DNA of 63,650 nt, the filler included, from Welwitschia mirabilis (taxonomy: Eukaryota): the NCBI GenBank assembly GCA_051453625.1. It is 9 parts of one record of this genome, joined end to end, with 100 filler letters (N's around TTAATTAATTAA, not from the genome) between each part and the next. Parts side by side here need not be neighbours in the genome. Positions count along the whole stretch, not along the records: positions 1 to 21,478 come from JBOZIK010000001.1; 8 more parts are not named here. One strand, 5' to 3'. This document shows, one piece after another, positions 1-13,400 of the stretch. The stretch's first letter is position 1, and every line of letters begins with the position of its first letter. The position numbers and the translations under genes are program-made. The notes beneath the pieces are model-generated. The model saw nothing but the letters and a program-made list of their open reading frames with translations. It ran no database searches and was not told the origin of the DNA.

Positions 1-644
1 TCTACACCATCATCACGAGGTAAGTTAAAAGGGTTTTGAATTTCATATTTTTTGGTTATGATAAGATCTCTCAAAGTAGCACGAGTATTAGGTTGAGAAG
101 GAGTAGAAGTAAGGATTTCAATAACTGGGGATGGATTTGAATAGACAAGTTATTTTTATTTTTGATTAGAGGTTGACATAGTAGTAAAATCAGACTCTTC
201 TATAGAATTAAAAGCAGAAATTGTAGGAAATTTAAAATCTTGTATACTTTTATTATTTTGATTTATTTAAATTTTAAAATTTAGTAAACCTTTTCTAATA
301 TTTTTAGCAATGAACTGTCGCTCTCTTTGATATTTTTCCTTTTTTCTGATTTTAACCAGTTAGTCTTAGATCTGAAAAGGTGTTTTCCTGTGCATCATCT
401 GAATGATAACCTAGATAATAGAAACATAGACAATCACAGAAAGAGAAAAAGTAGAAGATGGGACAGTCATTCAACTTTAACATCTGGTCGATGAAGGGGA
501 CATTAGAGTTAGTAGAAAAAAAATAAAACAAAAAACTTACAGCAGGTACTGGTACACCGTTGTTAAAGCAAACATTCAGAATATTAACTAAAGCAACAAC
601 AACTCTTGATCTCCAAGCAGCCTTTCCTAGAAATAGTACCAAGA
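1..644 (-). mobile_element. Athila-type Ty3/gypsy internal region (PBS, 5' leader, start of gag), subfamily A1, runs off the window
   Basis: Reverse complement is colinear with 51192-51830 of the near-complete copy. PBS-like TCTTGGTACTATTTCTAGGA at 644-625 follows the LTR end. Confidence 0.85.
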
Positions 645-2213
645 TGTTGTAGTGCACATATATGCAATGTTTATGTCATAAGTTGAATCTTATTAATCAC
701 AATTAATATGCACAAATACAACACACTAGTATAGATGGAAGTGGATCTAAATGTTATAATTCCATCGAAGGCTAAAGTATGAATATAAAAGAGTTACTTT
801 CAAGAGAAAATTATGTAACCCTAACCTACTAAAATAAATTGCAATGCATGGAATTGAAATAAAACATACTTATNNNNNNNNNNNNNNNNNNNNNNNNNNN
901 NNNNNNNNNNNNNNNNNNNNNNNNNNNNNNNNNNNNNNNNNNNNNNNNNNNNNNNNNNNNNNNNNNNNNNNNNNNNNNNNNNNNNNNNNNNNNNNNNNNN
1001 NNNNNNNNNNNNNNNNNNNNNNNNNNNNNNNNNNNNNNNNNNNNNNNNNNNNNNNNNNNNNNNNNNNNNNNNNNNNNNNNNNNNNNNNNNNNNNNNNNNN
1101 NNNNNNNNNNNNNNNNNNNNNNNNNNNNNNNNNNNNNNNNNNNNNNNNNNNNNNNNNNNNNNNNNNNNNNNNNNNNNNNNNNNNNNNNNNNNNNNNNNNN
1201 NNNNNNNNNNNNNNNNNNNNNNNNNNNNNNNNNNNNNNNNNNNNNNNNNNNNNNNNNNNNNNNNNNNNNNNNNNNNNNNNNNNNNNNNNNNNNNNNNNNN
1301 NNNNNNNNNNNNNNNNNNNNNNNNNNNNNNNNNNNNNNNNNNNNNNNNNNNNNNNNNNNNNNNNNNNNNNNNNNNNNNNNNNNNNNNNNNNNNNNNNNNN
1401 NNNNNNNNNNNNNNNNNNNNNNNNNNNNNNNNNNNNNNNNNNNNNNNNNNNNNNNNNNNNNNNNNNNNNNNNNNNNNNNNNNNNNNNNNNNNNNNNNNNN
1501 NNNNNNNNNNNNNNAATGCATGCAACATTTGTATTATAAAGTAGCCATTTCTCAATGAAGGAAATGCCATCCAACACTAAGGGAATGTCTCTCTATAATT
1601 ATAAAATGGTTCTCTAGTCTCAAGATCTCCTGTCACGAGTATATTAGATACCATCAAAGATGGTTAGTGATCAAGGGGAAGACCCTTATTTATAGATAAA
1701 AAAGAAAGAGAAATTAATAGAAGAGTACAGGAAGAACCCTAGCTAACATGTAAANNNNNNNNNNNNNNNNNNNNNNNNNNNNNNNNNNNNNNNNNNNNNN
1801 NNNNNNNNNNNNNNNNNNNNNNNNNNNNNNNNNNNNNNNNNNNNNNNNNNNNNNNNNNNNNNNNNNNNNNNNNNNTTTGATCTACTCTAGTTGAACTGCC
1901 TATGAGCTTCATGTCAAGTATTATTGACCAGTTGGAAATATCATCCGATACTGACATTTAGATGATTATGTGAACGATAATATTTTGTCAATCTTCAGTA
2001 AGTCTAATTGCTTTGTTATTTGCAGGAATCATTATCTAAAATATCATTTGTCCACATCTATATAAAATGCTTGTAATTTATCTAGAAATTACATTTTTTC
2101 ATTCTTTTCATCCTACTTCTCCATTATCATGAGGACTAAGCATTTATCTGGTAATTCACCTGCAAAACAACTTAAAATATCCTATCAAATACATGTAAGT
2201 TGGCAGTGTAATA
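645..2213 (-). repeat. 5' LTR of the A1 Athila element (contains N gaps)
   Basis: Ends ...CACTACAACA at 645 next to the PBS. Homologous along its length to the LTR at 9294-10401. The outer end at about 2213 abuts family-B LTR sequence. Confidence 0.8.
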
Positions 2214-2332
2214 CATAGCCTTAAGTCTTTCCNNNNNNNNNNNNNNNNNNNNNNNNNNNNNNNNNNNNNNNNNNNNNNNNNNNNNNNNNNNNNNNNNNNN
2301 NNNNNNNNNNNNNNNNNNNNNNNNNNNNNNNN

Positions 2333-2641
2333 GCTCTAGTTGAACTGCCTATGAACTTCATGTAAAGTATTATTGACCAGTTGGAAATATCATCCGATAT
2401 TGACATCTGGATGATTATGTGGATGACAATATTTTGTCAATCTTCAGTTAGTCTAATTGCTTTGTTGATTACAAGAATCATTATCTAAAATATCATTTAT
2501 CCACATCTATATAGAATGCTTGTAATTTATCTAGAAATTACATGTTTTCATTGTTGTCATCCTGCNNNNNNNNNNNNNNNNNNNNNNNNNNNNNNNNNNN
2601 NNAAATACCCTATCAAATACATGTAAGTTGGTAGAATAATA
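2333..2641 (-). repeat. Second copy of the outer LTR segment 1880-2213, across a 100-N gap (probable assembly duplication)
   Basis: Near-identical to 1880-2213 and has the same CATAGCC flank. Confidence 0.75.
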
Positions 2642-3153
2642 CATAGCCTCTACTCTTCTCCATAAGAAGCCTACTAAAATATGAATGCAATGAAAGGTTC
2701 AAGGCCCTTTTATAGATAGAGATGGGGGTGAGGGATAGTTACATGCTTTTGCTTGTAGTGTTAAGTAGAAGAGCAATGTTTACAAGATCTTAGCTTATAG
2801 TATTAGCTAGAATCTTCATCATTAGTATTAAATAGATACTATTCTATCTTATAGCATGAGATAGATTAGATTCTATCTTCTAGAATTATGTATAATCTTT
2901 GTCAGTTATCATTTGGTGGAGGTTTTCTTGTATTATTTAGTGGAATCGTCATCATGATGAATCTAACATGTGGTCTTTAGATCTAGATTTCTCTACCAAT
3001 TAGTTCTATAATCACATGTTTTCAATGCCACCTCCATGTATCTTTTAATGCTACTGCTATATGTCACCACCTCATGTCTCGATTATCACCATTATTTTAT
3101 GTGGAATTATGCTCATCTTCCATCAGGTATTCCAAAACGTGGCTAAAGATATG
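2642..3153 (-). repeat. Family-B Athila-like LTR segment (target of the A1 insertion)
   Basis: Homologous to 7140-7712, e.g. TAATGCTACTGCTATATGTCACCAC vs TAATGCTACTACTATGTGTCACCAT. Confidence 0.7.
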
Positions 3154-3253
3154 NNNNNNNNNNNNNNNNNNNNNNNNNNNNNNNNNNNNNNNNNNNNNNN
3201 NNNNNNNNNNNNNNNNNNNNNNNNNNNNNNNNNNNNNNNNNNNNNNNNNNNNN

Positions 3254-3329
3254 AGGTTCCGTTGTGCATGATAGTTAATAACAAAAAAAAATTATGGTTA
3301 ATTAGGGTAATTAAAGTTGGGGTGTTACA
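3254..3329 (+). repeat. 3' terminus of a Tekay/Del-like LTR interrupting the family-B RT
   Basis: TTCCGTTGTG...GGGGTGTTACA is a typical Tekay LTR end. The minus-strand RT frame stops at 3330. Confidence 0.6.
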
Positions 3330-6300
3330 CTTAATTAACCATAAAATGACATTTCTATTAGTTGAGCATAAGGAAGTTTTTGATACATCACTTATGGACA
3401 CATTCTAAGTTATGCAAACAATGGTTAAAGGAGGTTCTACAGATTAAGAAGTCATCCATAAAGATTTTAACATCCAAATCTAATAAATTAAATAAGATTC
3501 TAATCATGTAACATTAGAGTGTAGCAGTCACATTACATAATCCAAAGGACATTTATTTTTAGGTAAAAATTCCATATAAGTAGGTAGAGGTGATTTAGCC
3601 TTAGCTTTCAAGAATAATTTTAATTTAATTACCCATCTAAGAAATAGTAAAATGGATGTCCTATAAGTTCCTCTAAGATTTGATTAGAGAAATGTAAAGG
3701 GAAGTGATCCTTTCATGAAATAGTATTTAATTTTCTGTAGTTGATGCACATCCTTTATTTTAATATTGATCTCATAGGGATACATTTGTTATGATTGCTT
3801 AGAACAAGGGTGATTCTTTCTTTCTTTACCGTAGTTTTAGTTGGACTCACCCATCTCCAATCTAAAATATTGTAGATAATTCCATTATCTGGAGACTTGG
3901 TCATTTCAATTTGAACTACCTTCTTTAAGATTACGTTTATTTATCTTTTGGCTTCTCTAGATGGATATACATTATATTTTAAGTAAATATGATGCATGCT
4001 AATGTTGGAATAAATACCCCTAATGTCTAAGGATTCCATTCTATTTCTTGCTTATTCTTATTTAAAAGATTTATCAACTAGAGATCTTGAGAAAGAGTTA
4101 AGGAAGAATTGATAACTACAAAAACGTTGTAGTTATCCCCAAAAAAAGTATATTTTAGATCATTGAGTAAAAGCTTAAGCTGAAGGTTAATTTTTTTTTG
4201 AGAAATCAGACATGATTTTTGAGAGAAATGTAAGTCATCCTTTTGGAAAGGTGGAAAGAAAATTCTTGGTCTTCAAAAATGATTTCTATCCTATCCACAT
4301 ATCCTACCCCTTATAAATTTGATAGCAACTTCATGGCATTAAAAACATTTAGTTCTATAGTTATATTATTGAAGGAAATATTCATTAATCCATTTCTATA
4401 ATTGATTAAGATATTTGAAGTTTCTAAGTATGATATTCCTAAAGTGATAAACACTAATTAATTCATTAAGCTCTCCATGTCCAAAACCACAAAATTCATT
4501 GGAAAGTAGCAACTATCAATCCTAGTGATAACATCCTTTGTGACTTCTAATGGCATTTTTATAAAGTTGTTGACTAACTGGAGTTAGAGTTTCATATTTT
4601 TAAACCTTTTCAGACTTAACGCTTTATAGGTTCCATAGGGGATTAAGTTCATGTTGGCTCCTAAATATAATAAAGCTTGGTTAAGTCATGTATTATCTAT
4701 GGTGATTATAATTATACGACACCCAAGACCCTTATACTTGGATGGAAATTTATTTTGAAGGATTGCACTCATTTATTATGCTAAGAAGGCTTTACTCTTT
4801 ACATTCAGGTATCTTTTTATAGTGCACATGTCTTTAAGGAATTTCTCATAAGGAGGTACTTATGTAATGGCTTTTAGGAGAGGGATGTTAACCTTAATTT
4901 CTATGAAAATTTCTAAAGCCTTCAACTCTTTTTTTTAATGTTTTTCTTTATAAGTTATTGGGGAAAATGTAAGAATAATTTATATATAGAAAAAGGTTCT
5001 TCATTCCTATTCTTTTCTTTATTTTCTATGGAAATTGTTTTTTCCTTAGTTTTATTTTTTATGGATGGATTTTCTAATTCATTTTTGCTCCTAAAGTATA
5101 TGGACTTAGTTTCTTCTAAGTGTTCTATCCCCTTCAATAAACCTAACTATATTTGAATTTTATTAAGAACTTATGGAAAGTTTACCCATTTTGCTTTTAT
5201 TTAGGGTGGAAAAGATTTGAATTTACATTTGGTAAAGTTGTTGGATGACCTGGGTACTAAATTGCATGTTCTACTCAAGGTTGTATAATATGAAGGAATG
5301 TTGTTTTAGTAATTGTTCATGGTTTTGGTTAAGTTGAACTTACATTTCTATGCATTTTCTAACTCAATCCTTAAAGGGAATGGACGAGGATGGGTTTTGG
5401 TAATTAAAAGAAAACATGTGAGAGGATGATGATGAAAATTGATTTCTTAGTTTATTTTGATTACCCTGTTTCCAAGAAACATTATGGTGATTTCTCCACT
5501 TGGGTTTATATGTATTTAAGGGTCATTTTTAGGATTTTGCCATTAGTATCCAACTAAATTTACTTGATTGTTAATTATGTTTTAAAATAAGTAAATGGAA
5601 GGGAATTTGACTATTTCATAGATGTCAATATGATAGATTATACATTCTAGCTTAATAATCATAGATTAATATGAGTATCAGATGCTTAAGGATTTTAGTA
5701 CTCTTTCTAATTCATATCTTATTGTTCATTTTGAAGTTTTCAAGAATCCTAAACACACTTGTGGACTTAACAAAATGATGTGATCTAGATGGTTTAATGC
5801 ATTTCTCCTAATTTTTCTAGCTTTTGGCTACACTCTAAAGGTACTTCCAAACTTCATCTTAAGGCATGCTAAGAAAGTTTTTCCTCCTTATCATCTCAAC
5901 TAATTAGTGATTATCAGTGGATAACCCATCATAGAAAAAGCTTATTTTTATTCCTAGCTCAAGACCCTATTGAGGACATTTTTGAAGTAAGCCATTAAAT
6001 ATCTATAGGGCTTGGAAGAATATTTTGTATTTCTTTTAGTAGTAGTTTATAATTTCTTTTCTTAAGGAATTCACTTTATAATTAGAAAATAATTTCAAGA
6101 TGAAGGCTTTAGTAATGTCAGTTCAAGATATTATAGAAAATGGTTTGAAGGTGTATAACTAAGATTGTACTTTTTTTAAAGAAAAAGAAAATAAGGTAAG
6201 TCTAAGTGCATCATGGATGTTTTGATATTGGGAGATAGTTAATATTACACACTCAAATTCCTTGAAATAGAGGTATAAATACTTAGATTCTAATCTATGA

Positions 6301-7863
6301 AAATAAGGTAAGAGTTGTATGGTGAAGGGTTTGAACTCTAGTTTGTAGTTCATAGATGGTAACATAATGCATGAGAATTGATTGTAGCTTTATAGTGATT
6401 CACATTTAAGCTAAGTAAAATGCTTAGTATCATTCTTTCATAGGGAGATAAAAGGTAAATTAATTAAAATATACAAGATTATTCAACTTATAATAAAAAC
6501 CCCAACAAAAAGGAAAATCATAAGTTAAGAGAATAAAAGTGAACTTCAATTGACAATGCAAGTGAATCGAATGCTTTAAAGGTCTAATCAAGTCATATTT
6601 TACTTTATCTTTACTTCATATTTGCTTTAATGAGTCCTATATGTAAAACATGCACTAAATCCTCAAATCATTAAGGCTTAGCATAAAGGCATAATCTCAT
6701 CCATCACATAAGTATTGGTGAGTTATTAAGTTCTCTCAATACTTTATAGCCCTTTGTAAGCATAGAAAGTATGAATCTAAGTGCATAAAAACCATAAAAT
6801 AATAGTAACTATAAATCACAAAATAAATGTTAAATAACTCACATAGTTTGAAAGAACTTAAGAATTAAATAAGATCATCTAAAAATTACTAATAACATTT
6901 CTGATCATTAATAATGAAAGAATTAATCTTTTTAAGAACTAGTTGTACCTAAACATTTTTAATCTTAAACATTGCTAATGCCAAACAAAATTGTGAATTA
7001 ATAATTAAAGTATTTAAATCAATTATTTATTAAAATTAAAAAAATACATTACAACTATAAAGGAGAAGAAGGCAAAAAAAACTCTTTAACTAGCCATGGA
7101 CCATTCTACCCCCAAGAAAGATGTTATATTGTCATGATATCCAAGCCTTAAATTTCTTTTCATGATAATATGATCAAAGATGAATATAGTAATGGGTTTA
7201 AGGCCCTTTTATAAGTGATATAGGGGTAAATAATGGCTATAAGCTCTTGTCTTATAGTGTTAGGTAGAAGAGGGATGGTTGCAAGCTCTTAGCTTATAGC
7301 ATTAAATAAAATCTTTGTCATGTAGTATTAGGTAGATAAGATTTTCTCTTATTGCATTTGATAAAGTTTCTCTTGTAGCATTAAGTAGATATAATTATAT
7401 TCTATAGCATTAGGTAGAATATTCATCATTTATCATTTGGTAAAGATTATCATATAGTATTTGGTAAAACTGTTATATAGTATTAGATGTGATCTTTATT
7501 ATGATGAGCTCAACACATGTTCTTGAGAGTTGGATTCCTATATTAATTAGTGCTATTTCCACATTTCTCTAGTTCCACCTTCACATACCTTTGTTACATG
7601 TCTTCTAATGCTACTACTATGTGTCACCATCTCATATCTCCACTATCACCATTATTTCATAAAAAATTATTTTCATCTTTTTTCATGTGTTTCAAAATAT
7701 GGCTAAAGATCTACAGTTATCATAAAGAAGAACATAATATTAAATTTTATTTTAAAAATAATAGAAGACATTACTTTATGATAAATCAATAAATTAAGTG
7801 TCTTTCCTTATGCTAAGTTGATTAATTATACGTGCTTAAAATGTTAATTTTGGTATGGAAACA
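3330..7863 (-). mobile_element. Family-B Athila-like element: 5' LTR (outer end 7863), decayed gag, aspartic protease and RT
   Basis: Gag EFKPFTIQLLPYFHRLES...LRLTLFSFSLK (6365-6159). Protease QALLYLGANMNLIPY (about 4680-4635). RT MSFGLCNVTATL and IFMDDF (3465-3448). Many stops. The inner LTR boundary and PBS were not resolved. Confidence 0.85.
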
Positions 7864-9293
7864 TATACATTTCCAACAAAGAGATAAGGTAAAAATTTCT
7901 ATTAAATGATAATACATAGCACTCTACAGAATTCATCATAGGTTTTTAATTTTTCTGAAATTAAGTCTACAAATATAAGATATTACAAAATTAGCATACA
8001 AAATAATTTTTCTTTTAACCATGTATACAAAAAGTTATGCTTGTAACATTAGATATTGTAGGGCCTTATAAATTAAGGAAGAAAATAAAAATTATTTGCT
8101 AAAATTATATCACCACCACTTAATGGACAATTTCTAATGTGCTCTTATACTCATTACAAAATGATATGAATGCAAACTATGAAAAACATAGTTTTCAGTA
8201 TGGCCCAAGTAAGGGGAAAAGAATTCAAAAAGGTATAAACATATTCAAAATAGAATAAGAGGAGAAAAACCAAAAATTTGTGGAATGAAAAGGTGATCAT
8301 TTTGATTAATTTAAATTTATGTTTAAAAACTTTATAGTTTTAGCAATACAAATGTGTGTTGACTAAGAGGGGTTTCATTTATTTTTTCAGGTTTTTCCCT
8401 ACTCTTTCTTAATCATATTATTATTTTTACTATTTAACAAGTAAAGAAAATTTGATACCTAAAAAAACTTTTAGAAATAACAACAAGTAAGAATGAAAAA
8501 GGATTATCCAAAAAAAAAAAAAGCAGAATTTACAAGAGTATTACAAACTAGATTTATCATCATGAAAGATGAAAAGGAGCCTAAACTATACCAAAAAAGG
8601 TAGAAGAAGTTTAGATTATAAGATTTAAGAGCATCCTTTTTAAGTTACAGAGTTAAAAAACTAAAGTAATTTTTTGAGAAGAAAAAAAAAGGAGAAGGTC
8701 TTCAAGATTCATCATATTTATAGAAAGAGTTAACGAGGTGTCAAATTTTCAAGTTACTTCATGGCTTTTTCTTAAATCCCCTTCTTCACATTTAATCTTT
8801 TCAAAAAGTAATAAAATAAAGAAATATTTTTTAAATGAAAAGCAATGAATGACTTTAAATAAACATTTAAAGATATAGACATTTTAAAATAAATAATATT
8901 ACTTAAAGTTTAATTATTTATCTTATTAATTAATCTTGAAACCTTAATTTTGCATGATTAATTTGTATTTAAAATTTAGTCTTCCTTAATCATGAGAGTA
9001 TGGACATTATAATTCTCTGTTTCTCAAGAAGTTTTCTCTTGGAAACTTGCAAAAAGTTTAGGTTTCTATTATTAAATATCTATTTCAGATTCCTAAGTTA
9101 CTTTTTATTTAGTTTAACTTAAATTTCTCTTCCTTTAAGTTTAACTTGCTTTTCATCTAAAATTTTAACTGATTGAGACTCAAATGTATAATCAGGTTGA
9201 GTATTTACTTCTTGTATAGAAATTATTTTTATCACATCATGCATACATTTCCTTAATAATGAGACATAAAAGACATTATGAAGTATTGATAAT
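7864..9293 (-). mobile_element. Tekay/Del chromovirus remnant: integrase tail and chromodomain, PPT region, part of the 3' LTR
   Basis: LHNVFYVSLLRKCMHD...VKILDEKQVKLKGREI, then VT*ESEIDI***KPKLF (cf. HNVFHVSMLRKY...ATWE...YPHLF). GAGAAACAGAGAAT is followed by TATAAT, a decayed LTR start, at about 9011. Confidence 0.75.
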
Positions 9294-10401
9294 TGTTGTA
9301 GTGCGTATTTATGTAACATTTTACATCCTGAGGTGAATCCTGTTAATCACAAATATTATGCACAAACACAACACACTAGTATAGATGGGAGTAATCCAAA
9401 ATGTTATAATTTCATCGAAGGCCAGAGTATGGAAAATAAAGAGTTGCTTTTATAAGAAAATTGTGTAACCCTAATCTACTGAAATAAATTGCAATGCATA
9501 AAATTAAAATAAAACATATTGATGGAAAACTAATCTAGGAAAATAAATAATGGTGCACCTAAACTAATTAAGATCAACCTTGACAAAGGTTTCCCTCATA
9601 ATCTATATAATAAAAAAACTTGTCACGAATCTTAGATAACATAAACTATGAGGGATAAGTTCCTACATACATTGAACACAAAAGAAGATAATTTATATTA
9701 AAAATCATAAAAACATCTGTATCACAAAGTAGTTGTTCCTTAATAAAGGAACCACCATCCAACACTAAGGTAACATCTCTATGAGATTACAAGATGGTTC
9801 TCTAGTCCCAAGATCTCCTATCATGAGTATATCAGATACTGTCAAAGATGATTAAGAATAGAGGGGAGACTCTTATTTATAGATAGAAAAGGAAGGAAAA
9901 CTAACAAAGAAGCAAAGAAAAACACCTAGCTATTANNNNNNNNNNNNNNNNNNNNNNNNNNNNNNNNNNNNNNNNNNNNNNNNNNNNNNNNNNNNGAGAA
10001 TAATGTCATCCTTCTGGTTGTTTAGATGATATATGAGACGATGAAGACTGATAATTAGATATCTATTTGCTCTCAGTTTAATTGCCTATGAACTGCATGT
10101 GAATTTGTTATCATCCTATTAGAGATGTTATCTGCCACTAATGTCTGGATAATAAGGAGGATGATAGGCTTTTTGTTAATCTTTAGTCAGTCAGATAACT
10201 CATTGTTTGCAAGAATCATTATCCAAAATATTATTTATTCATATCTAACACAAAATGTTTGTAATTTATCTGGAAATTGCATGTTTTCATTATATTCATC
10301 CTAGTTTTCTATTCTCATAGGAACTAAGCATTTATCTATTAATTTACCTGCAAAACAACTTAGAATACCCTATCAAATACATGTAAGTTGACAATGCAAC
10401 A
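9294..10401 (-). repeat. Athila 3' LTR (A1-like), about 1.1 kb, inserted in the Tekay integrase
   Basis: TG...CA termini (TGTTGCATTG start, ...CACTACAACA end). PPT-like AAGGCTAAGTGGGAGGCTA at 10420-10402. No PBS beyond 9294. Confidence 0.85.
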
Positions 10402-13400
10402 TAGCCTCCCACTTAGCCTTGTCAGTCCCTAATAAAACTAGGTGGTAAATCACATTTACGTATTAATGTTTAGACAATAAAAACATCTAGGATATTTAGA
10501 GAAAGCATATGAAAAAGAATTGTAACATATATCAGCAATAGATTAATTTTTTGAGAAAAGTAAAAACTGTCAGATATACCTACTAAGCGTCGAAAATTGG
10601 TCATCCGGTATGTCGTCCAGATGATAAGGGAATGACAAGCTTCTCAAAAGATCTTTAAAAACTAGAACCTATGATAGAAATTATTTTTTTTGTTAATTAA
10701 ATAATCATGATAAATAGCCCTCCACTGTGATAAACAGTTAAATAAAAAGAGAATCATGTAAACATCAATGTACTCTGCAGCTGGTTTGAAAGGAGGATCT
10801 GCAATAATGATTTATAAATTTTCAAAAATATTCAAAAAATACTGAAAATATGTGTGTCCTTCTCCCCTACTTAAAATATGTAATGTGTTCTGAATTACCT
10901 AAAAAGAATGAAATGGATAAAGTCCTAGGAATAAGAAAATTCAAAAATGACTGGAAAACAATAGACATAAAAATAGAAGAAAATCAAAGGANNNNNNNNN
11001 NNNNNNNNNNNNNNNNNNNNNNNNNNNNNNNNNNNNNNNNNNNNNNNNNNNNNNNNNNNNNNNNNNNNNNNNNNNNNNNNNNNNNNNNNNNNNNNNNNNN
11101 NNNNNNNNNNNNNNNNNNNNNNNNNNNNNNNNNNNNNNNNNNNNNNNNNNNNNNNNNNNNNNNNNNNNNNNNNNNNNNNNNNNNNNNNNNNNNNNNNNNN
11201 NNNNNNNNNNNNNNNNNNNNNNNNNNNNNNNNNNNNNNNNNNNNNNNNNNNNNNNNNNNNNNNNNNNNNNNNNNNNNNNNNNNNNNNNNNNNNNNNNNNN
11301 NNNNNNNNNNNNNNNNNNNNNNNNNNNNNNNNNNNNNNNNNNNNNNNNNNNNNNNNNNNNNNNNNNNNNNNNNNNNNNNNNNNNNNNNNNNNNNNNNNNN
11401 NNNNNNNNNNNNNNNNNNNNNNNNNNNNNNNNNNNNNNNNNNNNNNNNNNNNNNNNNNNNNNNNNNNNNNNNNNNNNNNNNNNNNNNNNNNNNNNNNNNN
11501 NNNNNNNNNNNNNNNNNNNNNNNNNNNNNNNNNNNNNNNNNNNNNNNNNNNNNNNNNNNNNNNNNNNNNNNNNNNNNNNNNNNNNNNNNNNNNNNNNNNN
11601 NNNNNNNNNNNNNNNNNNNNNNNNNNNNNNNNNNNNNNNNNNNNNNNNNNNNNNNNNNNNNNNNNNNNNNNNNNNNNNNNNNNNNNNNNNNNNNNNNNNN
11701 NNNNNNNNNNNNNNNNNNNNNNNNNNNNNNNNNNNNNNNNNNNNNNNNNNNNNNNNNNNNNNNNNNNNNNNNNNNNNNNNNNNNNNNNNNNNNNNNNNNN
11801 NNNNNNNNNNNNNNNNNNNNNNNNNTAAAGTCCTAGGAATAAGAAAATGTAGAATTGATCGGAAAACACTAGACATAAAAATAGAAGAAAAGCAGAGGAA
11901 AAATGGATGTAAAGAATAAGAAGAAGATTGTTTACCTATTTTAAGTACTAACGTAGCAAGCTCCTAAGGGGAAAACATCATGACATCACCTGAGTAAATA
12001 TGCATGATAAAATGTATTAACTCTATAAAGTTCATTCGAAAAGGCAATGGTTATGGCAATATCCAAAGTATCAAGTATGTAGAACAATGAAAGGTAAAAC
12101 CAAAAGTTTTTAAGAAATGAACTCACATACATTTACCTAAAAACTTATTGAAATATCCAAAAGTGAAATGATCAAGTAAGAATACTAAGGGTGTTATCTC
12201 TTTGGCCATGATGAGGGAAGTAAAACCATTGTCAAAGGAGTAAGGACCCGCAAAGCATAGCCAAATAATCCCCTAGTGGAGATTCCATAGCTACCATATT
12301 ACATTGATAAATGTTTCTCTCAGAAATATTTATCCCTGTGTACTTATAGTAGGACATCATACTTTTTTTTCCTTGAAACATAAAAGATTCCCGCATGATC
12401 ACATACTCAAGAAAGATAAGATGAGTAACTGAGATAAAAGATAGAAAAGAACACTTCTTAATAACTTAAGATTTAATCACCATTGAAAAAAATAAGAAAC
12501 AAGGCATTTTCTTATAAATATAGTCCATAGACATGGGAATGTCTCAAGATTGGGTGAATCCAATCTTACCACTTATACATGACTAAGTATGAAACTAATC
12601 ATAATACTTTATAGAGTAATACATATGTCAAGTTTGAAAGATGATCAAGTAAAGTCATAATATTTNNNNNNNNNNNNNNNNNNNNNNNNNNNNNNNNNNN
12701 NNNNNNNNNNNNNNNNNNNNNNNNNNNNNNNNNNNNNNNNNNNNNNNNNNNNNNNNNNNNNNNNNNNNNNNNNNNNNNNNNNNNNNNNNNNNNNNNNNNN
12801 NNNNNNNNNNNNNNNNNNNNNNNNNNNNNNNNNNNNNNNNNNNNNNNNNNNNNNNNNNNNNNNNNNNNNNNNNNNNNNNNNNNNNNNNNNNNNNNNNNNN
12901 NNNNNNNNNNNNNNNNNNNNNNNNNNNNNNNNNNNNNNNNNNNNNNNNNNNNNNNNNNNNNNNNNNNNNNNNNNNNNNNNNNNNNNNNNNNNNNNNNNNN
13001 NNNNNNNNNNNNNNNNNNNNNNNNNNNNNNNNNNNNNNNNNNNNNNNNNNNNNNNNNNNNNNNNNNNNNNNNNNNNNNNNNNNNNNNNNNNNNNNNNNNN
13101 NNNNNNNNNNNNNNNNNNNNNNNNNNNNNNNNNNNNNNNNNNNNNNNNNNNNNNNNNNNNNNNNNNNNNNNNNNNNNNNNNNNNNNNNNNNNNNNNNNNN
13201 NNNNNNNNNNNNNNNNNNNNNNNNNNNNNNNNNNNNNNNNNNNNNNNNNNNNNNNNNNNNNNNNNNNNNNNNNNNNNNNNNNNNNNNNNNNNNNNNNNNN
13301 NNNNNNNNNNNNNNNNNNNNNNNNNNNNNNNNNNNNNNNNNNNNNNNNNNNNNNNNNNNNNNNNNNNNNNNNNNNNNNNNNNNNNNNNNNNNNNNNNNNN

